Shown here piece by piece: positions 54,492-64,000 of a DNA stretch of 64,000 nucleotides (positions within the stretch are counted from its first letter, which is position 1; every line of letters starts with the position of its first letter). The notes below the pieces were generated by a model. The model ran no database searches. It saw only the letters and a list, made by a program, of their open reading frames with translations, and was not told the DNA's origin. The translations under genes were made by a program, and so were the position numbers. The DNA comes from Octopus sinensis (taxonomy: Eukaryota). Location: NCBI RefSeq assembly GCF_006345805.1, contig NC_043011.1, forward strand, positions 40,498,464 to 40,562,463, written 5' to 3'.

Positions 54492-54759
54492 AATATAATT
54501 TCCGTAATGAGATAAAAAAACCCAAGGGTGTGTAGATTTTAGAACATTTATAAATAGAAGATCTTACAGGTGTTTCTAGGGTATTTATTATATCCTTCAT
54601 AGGAGACGGTGTGAGAAGATGGTTAAACAATAATTAATTAGATTTGGACCCTTTATTCGCATAACACCGAGCCTGGAACTTAACTAGGGTCTATCCATAG
54701 CACTTATTCAGCATTACCTGACACCTTGGGTCTCACTGACACCACTACCTCTCAAGGCC

Positions 54760-54790
<31 letters not shown>

Positions 54791-54866
54791 TATATAGATA
54801 TATATATATATATCCATTAATATATATATAGATACATAGATATATATATATAGATATATTATATAC

Positions 54867-54897
<31 letters not shown>

Positions 54898-55046
54898 ATA
54901 TATATATACATATAATATATATTTACATATATATATATACATATACAATATATATATAATATACATATCTATATATATACATTATATATATATATATATA
55001 CATATAGATATTATATTATATATATATATAACAATATATATATATA

Positions 55047-55083
<37 letters not shown>

Positions 55084-55110
55084 TTATACATATAGCTATT
55101 ATATATATAC

Positions 55111-55184
<74 letters not shown>

Positions 55185-55222
55185 TATACATATATATATA
55201 CATATATATATATATTATACAT

Positions 55223-55253
<31 letters not shown>

Positions 55254-55293
55254 TATATATACATATATATATTACATATATATATATATATAG

Positions 55294-55332
<39 letters not shown>

Positions 55333-55340
55333 TATATATG
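54760..55340. repeat. Degenerate (TA)n field inside a split SINE family B (54276-54430 and 55350-55510, minus)
   Basis: The two halves of one minus-strand SINE B lie on either side of the expanded internal microsatellite. Confidence 0.8.
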
Positions 55341-55692
55341 TACAGCGAGTAGTTTTGTCCAGTTCCGTCTACCAAATCCACTCACAAGGATTTGGTCAGC
55401 CCGAAAGCTATAGCAGAAGACATTTGCCCAAGGTGCCACGCAGTGGGATCGGACCCGGAACCATATGGTTGGTAAGCAAGCTACTTACCGCACAGCCACT
55501 CCTGCACCTATGCATTTTTCGTATTAATGTTGCACTAGACTATTTCGGACTTGAAAAGCTTTTGTCAAGAAAACGAAGGAAGAGTTAGATCTGTTTGTAC
55601 GGATTAAATCAACACTAACATTGCAGATTTGTGGCACGTGTAACATTGGTTAATTAGAGTAATTTTGATCAATCAGTTGTTAATATGATAAT

Positions 55693-55927
55693 CTTTTACT
55701 CTTTACTCTTTTACTCTTTTACTTGTTTCAGTCATTTGACTGCGGCCATGATGGAGCACCGCCTTTTTGTCGAGCAAATCGACCCCAGGACTTATTCTTT
55801 GTAAGCCCAGTACTTATTCTATCGGTCTCTTTTGCCGAACCGCTAAGTGACGGGGACGTAAACAAACCACCGCCATCGGTGTCAAGCAATGGTAGGGGGA
55901 CAAACGCACCACACAAAACACACAACA

Positions 55928-55992
<65 letters not shown>

Positions 55993-56166
55993 CATATATA
56001 CGACGGTCTTCTTTCAGTTTCCGTCTAACAAATCCACTCACAAGGCATTGGTCGGCCCGGGGCTATAGCAGAAGACACTTGCCCAAGATGCCACGCAGTG
56101 GGACTGAACCCGGAACCATGTGGTTGGTTAGCAAGCTACTTACCACACAGCCACTCCTACGCCTAT
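55693..56166 (-). mobile_element. SINE family B, full length
   Basis: Near consensus; (ttttactc)n tail. Confidence 0.9.
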
Positions 56167-56899
56167 CAACTATTTAGTTCCGTAAATGCATGCCCACAAA
56201 GTAGGATGGTGGAGGCTGTTGGCTATCTTGCAAACATTGTTACTGTTTGTGGGTATACGTCTACCAGAAAATATTTCTTCGGGAGAAATTCAAAATGTAT
56301 TAGATCTATATTCGATTCCTTCTGATGGAAAACTTGGAGGGTTGCGGCAGTTATTCGCCCGTTAAAGTGGGGCGTCCTTAAAAATGCAAGACTTGTCGGA
56401 GGCGTGCACCATGAATCTTCTTTTGTGTTATATGTGAATTTATTTTCTGGTAAACAATGTTGGGTAGCTGTTATTTATTAGCAATCTTTGGAACTTCTTG
56501 CTTTTGACAGCTTTGTTACCTGCTTAGCTGCATCTGTTGTGTATACGTAATGTTTCATTTTGTATGCAGGCAGTCATACATCCGGTACGGCTGATCTGCA
56601 CAAATAGACCTCTGGTTTTGCCCGTTAGTATTACCAGGGCCTTTGTCTGTGATTATGAGAGGAAAATTGAGTAATGAGAAAAATCTGATGTCGTGAAAAT
56701 ATTCTGCTTCAAAACTAATGTGTTTATTTAAATAGATCCATCCATACTTGTTAACGAAATTTAATCTTTGTTTCTTGCCTCCTTTACATTCTAAAGCTCT
56801 ATGGATTACTTCGCAACAATAGCCTGCAAACAATACCCATTCATATGATGTGAACAGCCTTTCACGTTGCATAAGTAAAATTCCCTTATGGCAAACATT

Positions 56900-57113
56900 T
56901 AGTGTTTCTCAACCATTTGTGCCTATGGACCAGAGCCTTTCACTGCATATAAAACAAATCTTACTGTATGTTTGTAATCATATATTCCTATGAATTATAT
57001 TGAAAATTTAATATTTCGTGTATTGTAAACGTATAAGCAATTCATTGCACAAAAATTTTAACAAGTTCTTAGTCACCCCCAATGTCCATATGAACCCCGG
57101 TTGGGAGCCACTG
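56900..57113. mobile_element. hAT/Charlie-like MITE
   Basis: tagtgtttctcaacc ... ggttgggagccactg; related to 17807-18051. Confidence 0.65.
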
Positions 57114-57999
57114 AACTAAACCAATGAAAATATGTTTCACGTGTCTGGGAAACTTCAAGTATTGAACGCTTAAGTCAACAGCTTTTCACCTACGAATCTG
57201 AACTTTACGCACTGTATAGAATGATTTTCCTTTCTTTCGTTTGTATACTTGCTCCAAATCTTATTGATTCTTCTTTACAAGCCGAAAACTCGTAGTTGAA
57301 TGTAGAGAAGCAGCCATAGTTTCCCTGGAAAAAAAACCCCATATAAATACTATATAAGAAGCACAACTTCATACGCCTAACTTTTTCTCTTTGTCATAGT
57401 GAAAGTCCCAAACAGGGAGACACGACTTCTGTAATTCTTGACGAAAAGTTGGTCATATTCGGTAGCGAGTCGACAGTCACAGTACACACACACCCACATA
57501 CACAGACAGACACACCAACCGCACACACACTATACTGCACTATTAACGAAACAACATATTATACACCAAAGCCGACTGAAACCTTGTGGGTGGATTTGGT
57601 AGACGGAAACAAAAAATCCTATCGTATGTACACACACACACAAACCCACACACACACATACACACACACACGCGCACACACACGCACACACGCACACACA
57701 CACATGCATACGCCAATGTCGAACAGTGAGAATGAGTGCTCAACACCGCATTGATAGAAAAAATTTATTTATTTGTGTATGAAGGCTACCATTGGTTTCA
57801 TGTTTAAAAAAACTATTCTAATATCTTAGCAATTTTTCAAGCTGATCATATGTTGGATCTTTCGTGTTTACATCCAAATAAAAACGGACACCTTTCCTCC
57901 TTTTGATCGGCTTGAAAAATCATTAAGATATTAAGATACTTTTCTTAACATGAAACTAATAGTAACCTTAATACACAAATATATATATTTGTATGTAGG

Positions 58000-58030
<31 letters not shown>

Positions 58031-58260
58031 TGTGGTGTGTGTGTGTGTATGTGTGTGTGTCTTTGTGTTTGTCATCCACCACCGATTAACAACCTGTTTA
58101 CGTTACTGCAACATAGCGCCTGTGTAAAAGAGACTGATAGAATAAGTACAAGGGTTTTTAGTCGATTCGACTAAACCCTACAAGACAATGCTCTAGCATG
58201 GCTGCAATCCAATGCCTGAAACAAGGTAAAGATAAAAGACACACATATATATACACACGC

Positions 58261-58345
58261 GTCTCTGTCGAAGAGCGCCGGCTCGAAACGTAAACGACTT
58301 TTCTATTTTTCCCGAGCGTTAAACTAATACACCTTATTGTTCCTA
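58261..58345 (+). mobile_element. Variant-hammerhead element copy 3
   Basis: gtct-CTGTCGA-A-GAGC-gccg-GCTC-GAAACGTA-aacgac followed by the family sequence cccgagcgttaaactaatac. Confidence 0.75.
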
Positions 58346-58417
58346 TACATGTGTGTGTGTGTACATAGATGTATTATGTATCTGCAAAGATGTTTCAACG
58401 AGCGCCAAACTAATTTA

Positions 58418-58651
58418 TTCTCTTTTACTCTTTTACTTGTTTCAGTCATTTGAGTACGGCCATGCTGGAGCACCGCCTTTAGTCGAGCAAATTGACTTAT
58501 TCTTTGTAAGCCTAGTTAGTTATTCATCAGACACTTTGGGCCGAACCGCTAAGTTACGGAGACTAAAACACCAGCATCGGTTGTTAAGCGAAGTTGGGGA
58601 GCAACAACACTGACACCAAACACACACTCACACACCACACAACCAATATAT

Positions 58652-58686
<35 letters not shown>

Positions 58687-58848
58687 CGACGGGCTTCTTT
58701 CAGTTTCCGTCTACCAAATCCACTCACAAGGCTTTGGCCGGCCCGAGGCTATAGTAGAAGGCACTTGCCCAAGGTGCCACGCAGTGGGACTGAACCCGGA
58801 ACCATGCGGTTGGCAAGCAAGCTACTTACCACACAGCCACTCCTGCGT
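58418..58848 (-). mobile_element. SINE family B
   Basis: Near consensus. Confidence 0.9.
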
Positions 58849-59464
58849 GTATATATATATATATATATCTTCAGTGTACATCCATTTGACTTTTGTTGCT
58901 TTTGTTATATTTAATAATAGTCTGAGTCCGTTCCAAGCAATTTAGTACTTCGTAGCTGCGTCAAACGAATCTAACATGTCAGGCTCATATATTCATAACC
59001 CAGTTTTGACTTTTAGCTGCTTATTCGATTTGTTTCAAAAAGTGATTTTTGTGAAGCGAAAGAGAACGGCAACTTTCGATACAATTTTGACGTCGGCTAC
59101 ATTTTCGTTATTGCTTTGAAGCTGACAGACTGTGACCTATATACACAAAGCCTGTCACTTGTTTTATTGATGTTTCATGTAGTATTCCTTGTGTCTAGAT
59201 GCCTAACGTTGGCTGTGTCTTATCTGCAATCATGCATTTAGTCCCGTCACGATTAATTCGGAATCCATCTTGTCTCAGGATGTCAGCTTAGTGATTGATT
59301 TTAGTTTAATATATATATATATATATTAATATTATATATATATATATATATTATATATATATATATATATGTATATGTATGTATGTATGTATAAAATATG
59401 GATATATATATATATATATATATGCATATATACACACAAACTTATATGTACATACATACATACA

Positions 59465-59789
59465 CATGTATGAGTACAGGATGTCACAAACCCTAAACAT
59501 GAAATACGAAAACAAATGAGTTGAGTAAGCAAACAACGAGAGAAACAAATGGAAAACAGGACAAGTAACATAAAGAACGACCCTTCATCAGTTGTCGGCT
59601 GTCCATCTACTCCACTGTCGTTCAATGCTTGAGATGAGGAGTAGATAGACAGCCGACAAATGATGAAGGGTCGTTTTTTATGTTACTTGTCCTATTTTAC
59701 ATTTATTTCTCTTGTTGTTTGCGTACTCGACTCATTTGTTCCCGCATTTCATGTTGTTTACGGTTTGTGACGTCCTGTACCCATATATG
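59465..59789. repeat. Long imperfect palindrome (~150 bp arms, 24 nt loop)
   Basis: Arm 59465-59613 is the reverse complement of arm 59638-59789. Confidence 0.95.
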
Positions 59790-59869
59790 CAAATATATAA
59801 ATGCGGTGCTGAAAAGTGAAGTGAGCGACATTGTACTAGTTGGCATCGAACTCCTCAAGAAGCATTCTA

Positions 59870-60735
59870 TTCTTGATTATCTCCTATACAGCCCTAAAAC
59901 AGCTGGGCTCTCCTACCGCAAAGAAGACCTGGATGGAAAGCACTCAGCATGCAAAAAATAGACTATGCATAGGTATGTTGACCGGAAGCCCGAAGAAGAC
60001 AGTAGAATTGACACGAAGTGGAGCCTCTATTGGGCACAAGACCACTACATCACATCACAGTTTGAAGGCTATGCGTTTGCAATTCAGGAACAGGAGGTTG
60101 CCACAAAGTACCTGGTGAACAAGAGAGAAACAGCGAAGCTCTTGTAATCTCAAGGTGCAACCGCATGTGTAGGCTATGTCATGTTTCTGTGGAAGACATC
60201 ACGCACGTGATTAGCAGCTGTCCTAAAATGTCGTCCCGGTACTACCTCCCTATGTGGCACGATGTTGTCGCTTTTTACAATGCCATCCGCAAAAAAGACT
60301 CCTGAAATAAACTTAGAAAATCCCTCTCTGGTGGAATATATTCATAAACACCAACTCAAGGAATACTGGTGGAATATTCTCATCAAAACTTCTGTCAAAT
60401 GTAAACATAACAGGCCGGATATTGTTGTTTAGGGCAAAGGTATGCACCGTCATAGAGGCCAGCTGCCCTGCAGATATAAATATCTTATTGTAAATCAAAG
60501 AAAAAGAGAATATCTATGGACAATATCTAGTGCCTCCTTCTTGTGAGAGGTTTGAAACCTCATACTGATTTTTTAAAAAAAGAAAATATGTTTTCGAGAA
60601 AAATCCAATCGGCGGGTGTTGGGTTTCGTCTCTCATTTATTCATTTTATTTCATTTTCATTCATTAATGTGTCTGTCTAGCCCGCAAAGCTACCCAATCT
60701 ATGTACTGTCTTCATGACAAATTTTATGAAATAAA
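59870..60735 (+). mobile_element. 3' part of a second R4/Dong-like LINE family
   Basis: FEGYAFAIQEQEVATKY, CRLCHVSVEDITHVISSCPKM..WHDVV, EYWWNILIKT..HNRPDIVV, IEASCPAD, KEKENIYG; frameshifted; probable 3'UTR to ~60735. Confidence 0.85.
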
Positions 60736-60875
60736 GTAGCTTGCTTACCAACCACATGGTTCAGGGTTCAGTCCCACTGCGTGGCACCTTGGGCAAGGGT
60801 CTTCTACTATAGCCTCAGGCCGACCAAGCCTTGTGAGTGGATTTGATAGATGGAAACTGAAAAGAAGCCCGTCGT

Positions 60876-60914
<39 letters not shown>

Positions 60915-61107
60915 TAAATTAGAGACAAAACCACTATTAGGCAAATCATACAATGAAAAACTTAAGCCAATACATAAGATTATTTAATTTATAGTGGTTT
61001 TGTCTCTAATTTAATATAATATAATATTTTACTATAAAATTGGATTCAATCCTAAATCTGATTTTTCCCTGTAAGTTTGGATTTATTCCCTAATATTTAT
61101 TATTATC

Positions 61108-61315
61108 GCCATGTTGATTCGTTAGCTACTGCACGCATTTTTTTCTCTCCTTCTTTCTGTGTTTTTCTCTCTCTGTGTATCTTTCTGTTGAAGAGCGTAG
61201 GCTCGAAACGTTAAAGACTTGTTTTATTTATATTTCCTGAGCGCCATACTAATACAATTGTTCGTTTGTTTTCCACCTGCCTTCGTCTTTTGTTTATTTT
61301 CATAAAGCTTCCCGT

Positions 61316-61316
<1 letters not shown>
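61108..61316 (+). mobile_element. Variant-hammerhead element copy 4 (best preserved)
   Basis: TCTTT-CTGTTGA-A-GAGC-gtag-GCTC-GAAACGTT-AAAGA at 61180-61217; lies in the internal microsatellite of a SINE B (60736-60875 and 61370-61590). Confidence 0.8.
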
Positions 61317-61346
<30 letters not shown>

Positions 61347-62189
61347 ATGTATGTATGTATATGTGTGTGTCTTTGTGTGTCTGTGTTTGTCCCCGCCAAC
61401 ATCGCTTGACATCCGATACTGGTGTTTACATCCCCATAATTTGGCGGTTCGGCAAAAAGAGACCGATAGAATAAGTACTAGTCTTACAAAGAATAAGTCC
61501 TTGGGTCGATTTGCTCGACTAAAAAGGTGGTGCTCCAGCATGACCGCAGTCAAACGACTGAAACAAATAAATGATTAAGGGAATAAAAGAATAAATGTAT
61601 AATTACATAATTGTGATACATAATTAATTTAGATTTATTTATAACACATAATGTTCCCGATGATTTGATGAAAATACAGCTTTTTAATTAAATTAAAATT
61701 AATCTAAATGAATTGATTATCTATGACAATTATGTAATTAAACATTTAATTATCTTTATCTTAATGAAACAATGTTCAACACAATGTGGCACACAAAATA
61801 TGAACTTTATGTGAACTTTGTTTTTCTGTTTATATTCTCCCCCCCACTCTCTTTCTCACTCATATGTATGTATATTTGCATGTATGTATAAATTCAGTTC
61901 GAGTATAAACCTGTATTATGCAATAAATCGTGTTTGCTTAATCTCTCTTGTTTACACATATGTGTGTATGCATGTATGTGTATGCGTGTATGTATGTATG
62001 TGTGTGTGTATGTGTGTGTATGAAAGAACGTGCGCATGCGCTCGCAAATATATATTATGTGTACATATGTGTGGTTAAATTTTGTCTAAACCGCTCAGCC
62101 TATTTAAGTTCATTACTAGACACAACCCTACGATGTCTCACTAAAAAACATGTATCTATCTGGAAATCTTAGAATATATTAAATATACC

Positions 62190-62342
62190 TCAGTTTCCAA
62201 CTGGTACTTATTTTATCAACCCCGAAAGGATGAAGACAGCAAAGACGGCCTCGGCAGAATATGAACTCCGAACGTAAAGACGGGCGAAATGCCGCTGAAC
62301 ATTTTATCCAGCGTGCTTAACGATTCTGCTAGCTCGCCACCC
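62190..62342 (-). mobile_element. SINE family A (part of the duplicated block)
   Basis: Core match; further plus-strand family A fragments at 63200-63490. Confidence 0.8.
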
Positions 62343-63918
62343 TCCTTACGGCCGAATATCAGTTCTGACTAAGTGTTTAGAATGCAAATGGCGGCCGTTT
62401 GTGGGAAAATATTTATAGCAAAATGTTGGCTTACGAACAAAAATTAAATTTAAAATACAAATAATAATTATAGAAATAAAAATTTGCATATATATCGAGA
62501 ATATCTTTTGATAGAAGGTTTTAGAAAATTTAACAAATTCACCTGTATTGACCTAACGCATTACTATTTATGACAATGTTATATGACTTAAGTGAATGGT
62601 CCCATGATATGTATGTATGCATATTTGAATGTATACATCAATATTATGTTGGACATACACACATATGTATATATAAATATGTGTATGTGTGTGTGTTAGA
62701 ATTATATTTATGCTGCATTCATGTCTAGACTACTTTATCAGAATATTAAATCTATCACAATAGTTGACCAGTATTTATTTCATCCGACTTGGAAGCATAT
62801 CTGTTAAAGATAACGTCGACCAGATTAGAGCTCAGAACGTAGAGTCCAAAGCGCTAAAGATTCTAAATTGATATGGTAGAATGGTCGAAGAATATTTACC
62901 GAACGTAATATCATTATTCTCTGAAACTTTCTCACATCCATACTAATATGTATTATCAATAACATGCAATTGTCATTGCTGAATTGAGGGCAAAATGATT
63001 CGATTGATACGAATTATAAATATTAGCAATTTCAATACTTATATTCTCATTATAATTTGAAGCTACGCATGTGTCATTTATATAATCGATTTGTATTAAT
63101 GTGTCAATTATCACGCAATTTCCATTTATAATATGTAAACTGATGTCAAATGTATTATACATTAACTAATAACCATTCTATGTGCTAAGGTATCACACGA
63201 TTCTGCCGAGGTCGACTTTGTCTTTCATCGTTTCGGGGTCGATTAAATCAGTATCAGTCAACTACTGGTGTCGATGTAATCGACTTCCTTCCTCCCCTCA
63301 AAAACTGTTGGCCCTGTGCCAAAATTGGAAGCCACTTTTCTTCATCATTTCTTCCGGCTTTACGTTTGGAGTTCAAATAACACCGAGGGCGACTTCGCCT
63401 TTGATTCTTTTAGTGTTGATAAAATAGTTACCAGTTGAGTACTGATGTTGATGTAAAATTGCTTGCCTTGTGCCAAAAACTAGAAAGAATTATTTATTAT
63501 TTTTTTTCCAGTTGCTTTTTGTTATTTAATCCGTGGTCACTCTAGCCGTGACTATCCCGTCTGATTGTCCGTCATAGTATATCCAGTATCCAGGATTACG
63601 TCATTCAGTGTAATATTTTCATTAAAACTCTAAGGTAGGATTTGAGTGAAATTTAGTTGCTATTTCTAGCGGATCGAGCAACCACACAGAAGCAATCGCA
63701 TGAGTTGTTTTCACTAAGTACTCACTTATGGTTGATTACAGGAGATTCTTCTGAAATGTATTACAACCACTCAGTTTTGAACAATTAAATAATTTAGTTT
63801 ATACGCACACACATGTATAATGTTTCTTTATATTTTAAATTATATATAAAACAATTTAACATTAAATTGAAGAATTACTTAAGACTTTTAATGGCATACA
63901 TGCTTATTAAAAGAAAAG

Positions 63919-63968
63919 CTGACAGTGACTTCGAAGTTTCGGTTTCTTTGCCTTCATCAGACTCTCAA
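63919..63968 (-). ncRNA. Minimal type-I hammerhead ribozyme, canonical core
   Basis: Minus strand UUGAGAGU-CUGAUGA-A-GG-caaagaaa-CC-GAAA-CUUCGAAG-UC-ACUGUCAG; stem I 7 of 8 pairs, palindromic stem III ACUUCGAAGU, GUC triplet. Confidence 0.8.
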
Positions 63969-64000
63969 TATGTCTGTGATTGTAAGGCAACGAGCTAGCA

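Overview
AT-rich, microsatellite-saturated eukaryotic non-coding DNA (intron or intergenic). The SINE families and (TA)n/(CA)n/(TAA)n density point to a coleoid cephalopod, most likely Octopus; this is an inference. No host protein-coding exon could be recognised, and most ORFs in the track are translated microsatellites. Recognisable content: three tRNA-derived SINE families (more than 35 copies or fragments); LINE fragments (RTE, a young 5'-truncated CR1, and three R4/Dong-like pieces, two of them abutting (TAA)n); Penelope-like (PLE) RT fragments; decayed mariner, Tc1 and rosa/maT-like transposons; several MITEs; and a 2.4 kb 35-bp minisatellite that flips orientation six times. The most notable signal is a set of minimal type-I hammerhead ribozyme (HHR) motifs in small non-coding elements embedded in (TA)n. 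These include a four-copy family with a non-canonical core, CUG-U-N-GA (A6 to U), and units bounded by direct repeats that resemble retrozymes or non-autonomous PLEs. All coordinates were read by eye; element edges may be off by several bases.
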